Part shown: in pieces, positions 19,627 to 29,683 of the stretch | How positions within the stretch are numbered: position 1 is the first letter of the stretch | How the letters are laid out: each line of letters begins with the position of its first letter | NCBI GenBank assembly: GCA_965248355.1 | Contig: OZ252098.1 | Location: 608,001 to 672,000, forward strand | Reading direction: 5' to 3' | Length of the DNA stretch: 64,000 bases | From: Candidatus Latescibacterota bacterium | GTDB taxonomy: Bacteria; Latescibacterota; UBA2968; UBA8231 | Notes under the pieces: generated by a model | What the model saw: the letters and a program-made list of their open reading frames with translations, nothing else | Told to the model about the DNA's origin: nothing | Databases searched by the model: none | Program-made: the position numbers and the translations under genes

Positions 19627-21941
19627 GGCGGGGCCGGCCTCATGCCGGCCGCAACGGCGGGGGCCGCCATGACGCGCTTGGTGGTGCCGCCGAAGCGGAT
19701 GGAGAGCTTGGTCTTCTCGCCGCGGCCCTCGCGCTCGACGATCTCCCCCCGCCCCCACATGGGATGGGCGACCCAGCGGCCCACGGCCAGGGGGTCCTCG
19801 CCGTCGGCCGCGAAGTCCTCCCCGGCGGGGGAGTCCTCGTCGGGCACGTAGTGAACGCCCTTCTGGGGCGCCTCGGCGGCCCGGACCTCGCGCGCCGGCC
19901 GCGGCGGTCCGGACCGCTGGCGCCGGCGGCGGCCGCCGCCGGGGGGTGAGCCCCAGGCGAGGTCGGCCTCGACCTCCTCCTTCTCCACCAGCTCCCCGGG
20001 GATCTCGGAGAGGAACCGGGAGGGCTCCATCTCCCGGGCCTGGCCGAAGAGGTAGCGCCAGCGCGCCCAGCCGAGCAGGAGGTGGCGGCGGGCCCGGGTG
20101 ATGCCCACGTAGCAGAGCCGCCGCTCCTCCTCGATGGCGCCCGGGTCGGTCCGGGAGGCCTCGATGGCCCGCTGCGTCGGGAAGACCTCCTCCTCGAGGC
20201 CGCAGATGGCGACCACCGGGTACTCCAGGCCCTTGGCGCCGTGCAGGGTCATCAGGGTCAGGATGCCCTCGTCGCCGCCCGCGGCCCCGGCCTCGTCCTC
20301 GGAGGTCATGAGCGCCACCCCCTCGAGGAACTCGCTGAGCCCGATACCCTCGCCCTCGTACTCGGCGGCGAACTCGGCCATGCCGTTGATCAGCTCCTCG
20401 AGGTTCTCCCTGCGGGCCTCGGCGTCGGGACCGTCCTGCGACGCCAGGGCTTCGAGGTAGCCGGTGCGCTCCATGACTTCCCGGGCCAGCTCGGGGAGGG
20501 TGAGCCCGCCGCCGCCGGCGGCGCCGGCCAGGGCCTCCATCACCCCGGCGAACTCCGCCACGGCCCGGGCCGACCGGCCCCCGAGACCGGGGACCTCGGC
20601 GGCGTGCAGGGCCGCCTGGATCAGGTTGGTGGGCCCGCGCGCCGCGTGGGCGGCCAGGCGCTCGACCGTCTTCTCGCCGATGCCCCGCCGGGGGGTGTTG
20701 ATCACCCGCAGCAGGCTGATGTCGTCGGACGGGTTGACCAGCAGCCGCAGGTAGGCGAGCACGTCCTTGATCTCCCGGCGCTCGTAGAACCGGATGCCGC
20801 CCACGAGGGTGTAGGGGACGGCCAGGCGCCGCAGCTCCTCCTCGAGCACGCGGGACTGGGCGTTGACGCGGTAGAGGATGGCCGCGTCGGACAGGCTCAG
20901 CCCCTCCTCCCGGCAATGGTGGCGCACGCCGGCCACGAGATGGCGCGCCTCGGCGCGGTCGTCGCCGCACTCGGCCAGCTGGATCGCCGGGCCCTCCTCG
21001 CCGCGGGTCCACAGGCTCTTGCCCTTGCGGTCGAGGTTGTGGCCGATGACGGCGTTGGCGGCGGCGAGGATGCGGCTCGTGGAGCGGTAGTTCTGCTCCA
21101 GGCGCACGACCACGGCCTCGGGGTAGTCCTTCTCGAAGTCGAGGATGTTGCGGATGTCGGCGCCGCGGAACCGGTAGATCGACTGGTCGTCGTCGCCGAC
21201 GACGCACAGGTTGCGGTGCTCGGCGGCCAGCAGCCGGGTGAGCAGGTACTGGGGCCGGTTGGTGTCCTGGTACTCGTCGACCAGGACGTGCTGCCAGCGG
21301 TCCCGCCACTTCTCCAGCACCTCCTCGTGGCGCCGCAGCTGGCGCACCGGCTCGACGATGAGGTCGTCGAAGTCGAAGGCGTTGTTGGCCCGCAGACCCT
21401 CCTCGTACGCGGAGAACACCTCGGCCAGGCGCCGCTGGCGGGGGTTGCCGTCGGCGCGCCGGGCGAACTCCTCGGTGTCGATCATGGCGTTCTTGGCGCG
21501 GCTGATCTCGCCGTAGACCTGCCGGGGGGGGAAGTCCTGCTCGGCCAGGTCCAGGCCGTCGAGGACGCGGCGCACCAGGGCGCGGCAGTCCTCGGTGTCG
21601 TAGATGGTGAAATCGCCGTGCAGGCCGAAGGCGGCGGACTCGTAGCGCAGCAGGCGGGCGCAGATCGAGTGGAAGGTGCCGATCCACAACCTCCCGGCGC
21701 AGTCCTCGCCCACGAGCCGCTCGATCCGTTCCCGCATCTCGCCGGCGGCCTTGTTGGTGAAGGTGACGGCGAGGATGTGCCAGGGCGCCACCCCGGCCTC
21801 GTCGACGAGGTGGGCGATGCGGTGGGTGAGGACCCGCGTCTTGCCCGAGCCGGCGCCGGCCAGCACCAGCAGGGGACCCGAGGTCTGCTCGACGGCCTGC
21901 CGCTGGTCCGGGTTCAGCCCGGCGAGATGCCGGCCCTCCAT
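19623..21941 (-). CDS. pcrA: ATP-dependent DNA helicase PcrA/UvrD
   Basis: LAGAGSGKT, TFTNKAA, VDEYQDTN, VGDDDQSIY, LEQNYRS, MTLHGAKGLE, EERRLCYVGITRA, C-terminal Tudor-like tail. Confidence 0.95.
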   Translation of the reverse strand: MEGRHLAGLNPDQRQAVEQTSGPLLVLAGAGSGKTRVLTHRIAHLVDEAGVAPWHILAVTFTNKAAGEMRERIERLVGEDCAGRLWIGTFHSICARLLRYESAAFGLHGDFTIYDTEDCRALVRRVLDGLDLAEQDFPPRQVYGEISRAKNAMIDTEEFARRADGNPRQRRLAEVFSAYEEGLRANNAFDFDDLIVEPVRQLRRHEEVLEKWRDRWQHVLVDEYQDTNRPQYLLTRLLAAEHRNLCVVGDDDQSIYRFRGADIRNILDFEKDYPEAVVVRLEQNYRSTSRILAAANAVIGHNLDRKGKSLWTRGEEGPAIQLAECGDDRAEARHLVAGVRHHCREEGLSLSDAAILYRVNAQSRVLEEELRRLAVPYTLVGGIRFYERREIKDVLAYLRLLVNPSDDISLLRVINTPRRGIGEKTVERLAAHAARGPTNLIQAALHAAEVPGLGGRSARAVAEFAGVMEALAGAAGGGGLTLPELAREVMERTGYLEALASQDGPDAEARRENLEELINGMAEFAAEYEGEGIGLSEFLEGVALMTSEDEAGAAGGDEGILTLMTLHGAKGLEYPVVAICGLEEEVFPTQRAIEASRTDPGAIEEERRLCYVGITRARRHLLLGWARWRYLFGQAREMEPSRFLSEIPGELVEKEEVEADLAWGSPPGGGRRRRQRSGPPRPAREVRAAEAPQKGVHYVPDEDSPAGEDFAADGEDPLAVGRWVAHPMWGRGEIVEREGRGEKTKLSIRFGGTTKRVMAAPAVAAGMRPAPP

Positions 21942-22957
21942 CAGTTGAGCCCCGCCCGGCGCCGGATCTGGATCTGGCGCTTGGCGGCCTCGTGCTCGCG
22001 GTTCGTGCGGCTGAACTCGTGGGTGCCATCGCCGCGGGCCACGAAGAAGAAGTAGTCGGTCTGCGGCGGATGCAGCGCCGCGTGCAGGGAGGCCCGCCCG
22101 GGGTTGCAGATCGGCCCCGGCGGAAGCCCGCTGTGGCGGTAGGTGTTGTAGGGGGAGACGACCAGCAGGTCCTCGTTGGTGAGCCGCTCCTTCTGCACCC
22201 CGAGAGCGAACTCGACGGTGGCGCAGGACTCGAGGCGGCGGTTCAGGCCCAGGCGGCGGTGGAAGATGGCGGCGATGACGGGGCGCTCCTCGGCGACCAT
22301 GGCCTCGCCCTCGACGATGGAGGCCAGGGTGACGGCCTGGTGCAGGGAGAGGCCCAGCCCCGGCAGCTTCGCGGCCAGGGAGTCGTCGAAGACGCGGAAG
22401 AACTCGGCCACCATGTGGCGCGCGATCTCCTCCTCGGTGACGTCCGGCGGCAGGAAGTAGGTCTCGGGGAAGAGGTAGCCCTCGAGGGTCCCGGCCTCGA
22501 CGCCCAGCTCGGAGAGCAGCCGCAGGGACTCCGTGGCGGCGACGAATCGCGCCGAGTCGGCCAGGCCTGCCGCCCGCAGCCGACCCGCGGTCTGCCGGCG
22601 GGTGAGCCCCTCGGGGATCGTGACCCGCACCATCTCCAGGGGGGCGTCGAGGAGATCGTCGAGGAGCTGGTCCAGGGACCGCGAGCCGTCGAGTCGGTAG
22701 CGCCCCGCTTCGAGGCGGCCGGCCAGCCCCCGGTAACGCGCCGCGGCCTCGAAGAACAGGGCGCTGCGCACCAGTCCGAAGGCCTCGAGACGGACCCCGA
22801 TGGCGCGGGCGCTCATGCCCGCGTCGATGGTGACGGCCACGGGCGGGCCCCCCGTGGGCCGGCCCAGATGCCACAGGAGGGCCGCGCCGGCGCCGGCCCC
22901 GGCGGCGGCGAGAACCGCGGCCAGTACGAGCCAGCGTCGGATGGAGGGATGAGCCAA
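21941..22957 (-). CDS. mltG: Endolytic transglycosylase MltG
   Basis: TIPEG, LEGYLFPETY, LASIVEGE, SPYNTY, GLPPGPICNPG. Confidence 0.93.
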   Translation of the reverse strand: MAHPSIRRWLVLAAVLAAAGAGAGAALLWHLGRPTGGPPVAVTIDAGMSARAIGVRLEAFGLVRSALFFEAAARYRGLAGRLEAGRYRLDGSRSLDQLLDDLLDAPLEMVRVTIPEGLTRRQTAGRLRAAGLADSARFVAATESLRLLSELGVEAGTLEGYLFPETYFLPPDVTEEEIARHMVAEFFRVFDDSLAAKLPGLGLSLHQAVTLASIVEGEAMVAEERPVIAAIFHRRLGLNRRLESCATVEFALGVQKERLTNEDLLVVSPYNTYRHSGLPPGPICNPGRASLHAALHPPQTDYFFFVARGDGTHEFSRTNREHEAAKRQIQIRRRAGLN

Positions 22958-23022
22958 GAGGATCGGCGGTCAGGAGGAGGTGCGGATGGTTCGTGAGCCA
23001 GGGCGGCGATGCGTGGAAGGGG

Positions 23023-23051
23023 ATTCTACCGGAGGCCCTCTGGACTGTCAA
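23023..23051 (-). promoter_or_regulatory. sigma70-type promoter of mltG-pcrA
   Basis: TTGACA-N17-TAGAAT on the minus strand. Confidence 0.7.
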
Positions 23052-23209
23052 GCAGGTCTCCCGGGGCCGCCGCGGGTCCCGGAGAGGGCCGGGCCCGCCC
23101 CCCTCAGGTGGCCCGCCTCTCCGCGAGAATCCTCTTGCCGGGGTCCACCTTATCCGCCTGTATTTTCGCCTGAATCCGGCGATACCCGCCCCCCGCCCGG
23201 CGCCCCTCC

Positions 23210-24712
23210 ATGATCTCCGCCATCGCCCGCAAGGAGTTCCTCCAGGCCCTCCTGACCCTGCGCTTCGCCGTGGGCCTGATCCTGTGCGTCGTCGCCGTGG
23301 CCGCCGGCACCCTGGCCATGATCGAGGACTACGACTCGCGGCGCGAGGCCTACCTGAAGCAGGTCGGCGAATACGAGACCGAGGTGCTGGAGCAGGAGGG
23401 GCCGTACGCCCGGCTCGTCTGGGATCTGAAGGCCTTCCGCGCGCCCCGGCAGCTGGCCGTGTTCAGCGTCGGCTCCGACCGCTGGCAGGGAAACCAGGTC
23501 ACCGTCACCCATCACGAGGTGCCGGTGCGGTCGCAGTGGCTGGGCGTCTCCAACCCCTACATGGTCCTCTTCCGCACCGTCGACCTGTCGCTCATCGTGC
23601 AGATCATCCTCGGCCTGCTGGCCCTGCTCTTCGCCCACGACGCGGTCTGCGGCGAGCGCGAGGGGGGGACCCTGCGGCTCATGCTGGCCAATCCCGTGGC
23701 CCGCGACCAGGTCCTGCTCGGCAAGGCGGCCGGCCACCTGGTCCTGCTCATGGTGCTGCTGGCCGTCACCTACGTGGTGGGCCTGCTCTTCGTGCAGGCC
23801 TCGCCCGCGCTCCACCTCGGGGCCGGCGAGATCGGCCGCGTGGCCCTCATGCTCGCCGCCTCGGGCCTCTACGTGGCGGCCATGTACGCGGCCGGGCTGC
23901 TGCTGTCGATCTGCACGCGGCGCTCGGCCACGGCCCTGGTCCTGGCCGTCTTCGGTTGGCTCCTGGGCGTCGCCGTCTATCCCAACGTGGTCGGCTTCGC
24001 CGTCGACGCCTACGCCCGTGCGCGCCTGTCGGTGGAGTCGGCCCGGGACCTCGAGGGTCAGCTTCACGCGAGCTTCGGCGAGTGGATCCGCCAGCGCGGC
24101 AAGAGCGAGGATCTGGTCACCGATTGGGGGGTGCAGTTCGGAGGATCTACAGCGACCAGCAACTGGAGCCACCCCCGGGGGTTCGCGGTGGGCGGGTTCT
24201 CCCATGACGCGGAGGAGGAGGAGGAGGCCGACGTCGAACGCAACGTACGGGCGCTGACCCCGTTCTTCGCCGAGGTCGAGCAGCAGCGCACCGCCTACGC
24301 GGACCGGGTGTGGCGGGAGGCCTGGGAGCCGCTGGAGAGGGGCATGAAGGGCCTCCACGCGGTGGCCGCGGGGCTGTCCCTGCTCTCCCCGGCGGGCGCC
24401 CACGGCCGGGCCACGGCGGCCCTGGCCCGCACCGACCGCGGCGACTACTGGCGCTTCCTGGAGTCGGCGCGGGGCTACCGGGGCCAGTTGATCGCCTTCT
24501 ACGAGCAGCAGGGCTGGTTCGGATCGCGGGAGTGGTTCGACCAGTCCAGGACGGCCACCCTCGAGCATCTGCCCCGCTACCGCGAGCCCGGCGGTTCCAT
24601 CGCCGAGAGTCTGGCCCGCGCCGCGCCGCCGCTGCTGGTGCTGGCCGGCTTCACGGCCGCGGCCTTCCTGGCCGCGTACTGGCGGTTCCGGCGCTACGAC
24701 CTGGCGGCCTAG
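23210..24712 (+). CDS. ABC-2-type transporter permease with large extracytoplasmic loops
   Basis: IARKE, DAVCGEREGGTLRLMLANPVAR...LLGK, C-terminal FRRYDL. Confidence 0.8.
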   Translation: MISAIARKEFLQALLTLRFAVGLILCVVAVAAGTLAMIEDYDSRREAYLKQVGEYETEVLEQEGPYARLVWDLKAFRAPRQLAVFSVGSDRWQGNQVTVTHHEVPVRSQWLGVSNPYMVLFRTVDLSLIVQIILGLLALLFAHDAVCGEREGGTLRLMLANPVARDQVLLGKAAGHLVLLMVLLAVTYVVGLLFVQASPALHLGAGEIGRVALMLAASGLYVAAMYAAGLLLSICTRRSATALVLAVFGWLLGVAVYPNVVGFAVDAYARARLSVESARDLEGQLHASFGEWIRQRGKSEDLVTDWGVQFGGSTATSNWSHPRGFAVGGFSHDAEEEEEADVERNVRALTPFFAEVEQQRTAYADRVWREAWEPLERGMKGLHAVAAGLSLLSPAGAHGRATAALARTDRGDYWRFLESARGYRGQLIAFYEQQGWFGSREWFDQSRTATLEHLPRYREPGGSIAESLARAAPPLLVLAGFTAAAFLAAYWRFRRYDLAA

Positions 24713-24758
24713 GAGGGGTCATGGACCACCGGAGGATCCGAAGCCTGGAGGAGCGGCC

Positions 24759-26195
24759 GTGATCGCGGCGATCCTGCGGCGGGAGCTGGCCGATCACCTC
24801 ACCAGTCTGCGCTTTGCCCTGACCCTGCTGATCACGGCGGCCCTCATGGTGGTGAATGGGGTCGTCTTCAGCGGCTCAGGTCACGAGCGGGCGATGACGG
24901 AGTACCGCGATCATCTGAAGGCGGTCGACGACCGCTTCGAGGGACTGGCCGGCAGCCTCGGCGAGCTGGCGGTGAAAGGGCCCGGGACCCTGGCCAAGCG
25001 GCCGAGCGCCCTCTCCTTCGTCGCCTTCGGCCGCGAGGACTTCCTGCCCTCGACGATCCGGGCCCAGGCGACGAGCAGGTACGGCGGCGACTGGGGCTTC
25101 ATGATCGACATGCCGTGGAGACTCGGCTACCAGGAGCCGGCGGCGCCGCCCGCCGCCGGCATGGTGCCGGACTTCGTCGAGGTCGACTGGGTCTTCATCG
25201 TCGGCTTCTGCCTCAGCCTCATGGCCCTGCTGCTCACCTACGACGGGATCTGCGGCGAGCGCCGGGAGGGCACCCTCAAGCTCGCCCTCTCGGGGCCGGT
25301 GCCGCGTCACAACCTCCTGCTGGGCAAGTTCGCCGCCGCCTGGATCGTGCTCGCCGCGGCCCTCACCCTGGGGGTCGTCCTCAACCTCCTCGTCCTCGGT
25401 CTGACCGGCCCCGTCGAGCTGGGCCCGGACCTCTTCCTGCGCCTGGCACCCGTCTATCTCGCCTGCCTGCTCTACCTGGCCTGCTTCGTCGGCCTCGGCC
25501 TGCTCGTCTCCTGTCTGAGCGAGCGGCCCTCCTCGGCCCTGGTCGTGCTGCTCCTGGTGTGGACGGTGCTGCTCGTGCTGCTGCCGAACACGGTCTCGGG
25601 GGCGGTGAGCTACTTCCAGGAGCCGCAGATGGACTGGCGGAGTCGCAACTCTCAGCGGCAGGCCCTGATGGAGGAGCATCAGCTCTGGGGCAAGACCAGT
25701 CCCGTCGAGCAGGGCGAGCGCCCTCCCGCCGCCTTCGTGGCTGAGTTCAGCGACTTCCTGCGGGAGCGCCTGCGGCTGGATCTCGATTTCTCAGAGGAGA
25801 AGCTGCGCCGGCAGCTGCGGCCGGTCGAGGCGGGCGCGCTGGTCAACCGCATCAGCCCCTACGGCATCCTCCAGTACGCCCTGGAGTCCCTGGCCGGGAC
25901 GGGCATGCCCCGGCACCAGCGCTTCATCGACGCCGCCCGCCGCTACACCCTGGACTTCCGCCGCTTCGCCGAGGAGCGCGACCAGGCCGACCCGGACAGC
26001 TACCACCTCTTCGGGCTGGTCCCGGGCCTGTCGGAGCGGCCCGTCCCCGTGGAGGCGATCCCCCGCTTCCGCGAGCAACTCTCCGCCGGAGCGGTGCTCG
26101 ACGACGCCTCGACCGACCTGGCGCTGCTGGCCCTGTTCGCGCTGCTGGCCTTCATGGCGGCCAACACCGCCTTCCTGCGTTCGGAGATCGCCTGA
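24759..26195 (+). CDS. ABC-2-type transporter permease (paralog of the upstream gene)
   Basis: ILRRE, DGICGERREGTLKLALSGPVPR...LLGK, C-terminal FLRSEI. Confidence 0.8.
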   Translation: MIAAILRRELADHLTSLRFALTLLITAALMVVNGVVFSGSGHERAMTEYRDHLKAVDDRFEGLAGSLGELAVKGPGTLAKRPSALSFVAFGREDFLPSTIRAQATSRYGGDWGFMIDMPWRLGYQEPAAPPAAGMVPDFVEVDWVFIVGFCLSLMALLLTYDGICGERREGTLKLALSGPVPRHNLLLGKFAAAWIVLAAALTLGVVLNLLVLGLTGPVELGPDLFLRLAPVYLACLLYLACFVGLGLLVSCLSERPSSALVVLLLVWTVLLVLLPNTVSGAVSYFQEPQMDWRSRNSQRQALMEEHQLWGKTSPVEQGERPPAAFVAEFSDFLRERLRLDLDFSEEKLRRQLRPVEAGALVNRISPYGILQYALESLAGTGMPRHQRFIDAARRYTLDFRRFAEERDQADPDSYHLFGLVPGLSERPVPVEAIPRFREQLSAGAVLDDASTDLALLALFALLAFMAANTAFLRSEIA

Positions 26196-26349
26196 GCCGG
26201 GCGCGCCGGCTCAGGTGGTCTGCGGCAGCGCTCCCTGGCCGCCGGCGGGCGGACTCGCCTCGCCCCTCCGCTCCAGCTCCCCGGGATCTCGTCCGGCAGG
26301 CCGGTGAGCGCCGTGCTCGCCCAGGAGCCACTGGGGACGGAGCGCAGCC

Positions 26350-26789
26350 CGTAAGGGACGCGACTCCCGCCACGGCGCCGTCGTCGATGACCACGTAGTC
26401 CTGCTGGTTCGGCACCCAGTCGTCGACGAATTCCCGGATCGTCATGGTCGAGTGGGGATAGGTCCGGGTGCGGTCGAGGACGTGGTGTACGGTCACCCCC
26501 TCCAGGGCGTAATGGGCGAAGGACGGGACCATGGCCCGGGGCCTCGTGGCGCGGTGCGACGGCGCCGCCCGGTGACCGTGATGCTGATCGCCTGGGGCAC
26601 CAGGACGATGTAGGCGATCATGACGAGCACGAGCGTCGGCTCCACCAGTCCGCCCACGGGGCCGAGGAGGATTCCGGTGGCCGTATAGACGAGGATGGAG
26701 GTCATGCCGAACCGGACCAGGACCCCCTCGGCGAGCTTGCCCACGAGGACGATCAGGCCGATGGAGAGCAGGGCTTGGTGCATGTGCAT
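26350..26789 (-). pseudogene. Internally deleted cation:proton antiporter with a CBS-like remnant
   Basis: CPA-like N-terminus LLSIGLIVLVGKLAEGVLVRFG...TGILLGP jumps to LVMIAYIVLVP, then CBS-like YVVIDDGAVAGVASL in another frame. Confidence 0.55.
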
Positions 26790-26915
26790 GGATCGGTCTC
26801 CCGGAAGGCGGCTAACGGAGCACCTGCACCCGCAGGGTTTCAAGGTCCGAGCCCTCTGAGATGCAATCCCGCCCAAGGGGTTGGCTCTCCAGGAGGGACG
26901 GCGGTATTCTTGTGT

Positions 26916-27037
26916 GTGTGTCCCCTGCCCGCTGTGGCGGCACCCCTTCCAGCCGCCCGAGTCCCTTCCCCCGGGCTCATCGCGGGCGGGCGGCCCTCCC
27001 GCGGACACACCCCATCCCCGTCCAACGCCGAAAGGCG
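26916..27037 (+). promoter_or_regulatory. Candidate structured 5' leader RNA
   Basis: Four stems (two nested, two branching hairpins) plus a CGCC-GAAA-GGCG hairpin, directly after TTGGCT-N18-TATTCT (26881-26910). Confidence 0.4.
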
Positions 27038-27045
27038 GCCGTACC

Positions 27046-29658
27046 ATGCGTGTTTCCAAGGCTCTTCCGCCCGGGGCGGCCCTGGCCGTTACCCTCGGGC
27101 TCCTGCTGTCCGCCGCCGCCGGGCCCGCATCCTCCCAGACCCTGCCCGCCGAGACCCATCCGAGCCTGCTCTTCACCTCCGGGGACCTGCCCGCGCTCCG
27201 GGACCGCATCAACCGGGAGCCGTACGCGACCTGGTGGCGCACGGTGCGCGAGCGGGCCGATTCCGTGCCCTCCGACATCCCCGACGAGCGCGACAAGGTG
27301 CGCTACGCCAAGAGCTCGGCCTTCGCCTGGCTGATGACCGGCGACGAGAGCTACGCACGGCGGGCGGTGGAGCTGCTGCTCGACGTCCGCTTCCCTCCCC
27401 GCGGCGGAGACCTGGGAGAGCCCCACGCCGAGGGCGAGGTGGTGGCCCAGTACGCCGTCGCCTACGACATGATCCACGAGTACGCCGCCAACGATCCGGA
27501 TCAGCTCGAAGAGATCCGCGCGATCCTGGCGGAGGAGGCCCAGCGCATCCACGAGGGCATCGTCGTCCTGGAGGTCAACCTCGGGCTGGTCACGCTCACG
27601 ATCCGGCTCCACGAGACCCCGGACCCGCGCAATCCTCTGAAGCTGCACCTCAACAACTGGCACGTGCGCGCCTACGGCGGCCTCGGACTGGCGGCCATGG
27701 CCCTGGCCGACCACACGGGCGAGGCGAACTCGCCCCAGGAGTGGGCGGACCACGCCTTCGACCTGGTGACCCGCTCCCTGTGGCACCAGATCGACGACGT
27801 GGACGGGGGCTACGCCGAGGGGCCGTTCTACAGCCGCTACGCCGCCGACGTCTACCTGCCTTACATGTTCGCCTTGAAGAGCCTGACGGGCGTCGACCTG
27901 TTCGTCGATCCCCAGATCGAACGCATGCACCGGTGGTCCCTCAACCTGCGCCTGCCCAGCGGCCGCCGTCCCAACATCGACGACGGCCACCTCGACGACT
28001 GGTACGGGCACTACCTCTCGGCGGCTTACGAGGACGGCGGGGTCCACCGCTGGGACTGGGAGCAGAACGAGGACGGGCCGTACACCCGCCAGTTCTCCGA
28101 GATGGACGCCATCGCCATCTACGACGACTCGGTGGAGGCGGAGGCACCGGACCACGGCCCCACCGTCTTCATGCCCGATGCCGGCGACGCCGTCTTCCGC
28201 AGCGACTGGGGCGCCGGCGCCACCTACCTGCTGCTGAGGGCGGAGCACGGAACGGCCCGGGAGCAGGGATTCAGCCACGAGCACCCGGACGAGACCAGCT
28301 TCCTCCTCTACGCCGGCGGCGAGATGCTGGCCCTGGACGCCGGGTACATCAACTTCACCAACCACCACAAGATCAACCAGGGCCACAACCACAACCTGAT
28401 CCTGGTGGACGGCGAAGGGCCGCCCCTGCTCGTCGTCGAAGGGCAGTCCATCGACGGCGGCAACGACGCCTTCCTGCAGGAGACCTTCACCAGCGGCCTG
28501 GTCGAGTACGCCGAGGCGCGGGCCGGGTACGCCGGGGCCGACTTCCTGCGCAGCGTCATGTTCGTGGACGGGAGCTACTTCGTGGTGGTGGACGAGGTCC
28601 GCGGCGACGGCGCCCACACCTACCAATGGCGGCTCCACGGCCACGGCGGCGGCGACAGCGGCGGCACCTACGAACGCGATGGGAGCCTGGCCCGGTGGAC
28701 CCGGCCGCAGGCGGAGCTGCTCGCCTTCATGGCCGGGCCGGAGGGCACCACCTTCAGCGAGGCCGAGGCCCTCCACTCCTTCGACTACCTGCAGGAGTCG
28801 ACCCACACCGTGCTGCGGGTCGAGCGCGAGGGGGAGGACGTGGAGTTCCTCAGCCTGCTCTACCCGCGGCCTGCGTCGGCCCCCGAGCCCGGGCTGAGCC
28901 AGGTCGAGACGGACAGCGGCCAGGTGGTGAGGATGGGCCTGGGCGATCTCGTCGACCTGGCCTGGTCGCGCGGCGATGACCCGGGCGTGCGGTTCCCGGC
29001 GCCCGCCGGCGAGGTGGCCAGCGACGGCCGCCTGGGACTGGTGCGCTACGAGGGGGCGGAGCTGACCGGCTTCAGCTTCCAGGACGGGACCCGCCTGGAG
29101 GCCGGCGGCGAACCGGTGCTCACCGCCTCCGAGCCCGTGGACGCGAGTCTGCAGTTGGCTCCGGAGAGGGTGAAGGGGTTTCTCCGCGGGCCGTACTCGA
29201 GCTACACCGTGGCCCTGCCCATGGCCGGCTCGCTGGAAGGGGTCACCTTCAGCGGAGTCCTGCTCGCCAAGGCCGTGGAGGGGGACGTTCTCACCCTGGA
29301 GCTGGCCGGCGAGGGAATCCTGGAGATGTCCGGCGGCACCGGCGTTCTCGAGGATCTCGAGAATCGGGAGACGACGCCAGGGGAGTTCCGCCTGTCTCCG
29401 AACTATCCCAATCCCTTCAACGCCGGGACGGTCATCCCCTTCGGGCTGGCGGACCACGGGCCGGTGCGGATGACCGTCTTCAACTCCGTCGGCCGGCGGG
29501 TCCGCACCCTGGTGAACGGCGAGCTGCCGGCCGGCGCCCACCAGGCCGCCTGGGACGGCCGGGACGAGGGCGGGGAGGCGGTGGCCAGCGGCGTGTACCT
29601 GGCTCGGCTGCGCGCGGGGTCCGGCACGGCCACGAGGCGGCTGCTGCTGCTGCGGTAG
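27046..29658 (+). CDS. Secreted heparinase II/III-like polysaccharide lyase with a C-terminal T9SS-like/FlgD domain
   Basis: Signal peptide; HPSLLF, NNWH, YAEGPFYSRY, FRSDW, HEHPD, HNLILVDG; NYPNPFN...WDGRD...SGVY. Confidence 0.8.
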   Translation: MRVSKALPPGAALAVTLGLLLSAAAGPASSQTLPAETHPSLLFTSGDLPALRDRINREPYATWWRTVRERADSVPSDIPDERDKVRYAKSSAFAWLMTGDESYARRAVELLLDVRFPPRGGDLGEPHAEGEVVAQYAVAYDMIHEYAANDPDQLEEIRAILAEEAQRIHEGIVVLEVNLGLVTLTIRLHETPDPRNPLKLHLNNWHVRAYGGLGLAAMALADHTGEANSPQEWADHAFDLVTRSLWHQIDDVDGGYAEGPFYSRYAADVYLPYMFALKSLTGVDLFVDPQIERMHRWSLNLRLPSGRRPNIDDGHLDDWYGHYLSAAYEDGGVHRWDWEQNEDGPYTRQFSEMDAIAIYDDSVEAEAPDHGPTVFMPDAGDAVFRSDWGAGATYLLLRAEHGTAREQGFSHEHPDETSFLLYAGGEMLALDAGYINFTNHHKINQGHNHNLILVDGEGPPLLVVEGQSIDGGNDAFLQETFTSGLVEYAEARAGYAGADFLRSVMFVDGSYFVVVDEVRGDGAHTYQWRLHGHGGGDSGGTYERDGSLARWTRPQAELLAFMAGPEGTTFSEAEALHSFDYLQESTHTVLRVEREGEDVEFLSLLYPRPASAPEPGLSQVETDSGQVVRMGLGDLVDLAWSRGDDPGVRFPAPAGEVASDGRLGLVRYEGAELTGFSFQDGTRLEAGGEPVLTASEPVDASLQLAPERVKGFLRGPYSSYTVALPMAGSLEGVTFSGVLLAKAVEGDVLTLELAGEGILEMSGGTGVLEDLENRETTPGEFRLSPNYPNPFNAGTVIPFGLADHGPVRMTVFNSVGRRVRTLVNGELPAGAHQAAWDGRDEGGEAVASGVYLARLRAGSGTATRRLLLLR

Positions 29659-29683
29659 CGCCCGAACCCCACGAAAGGAGGCG

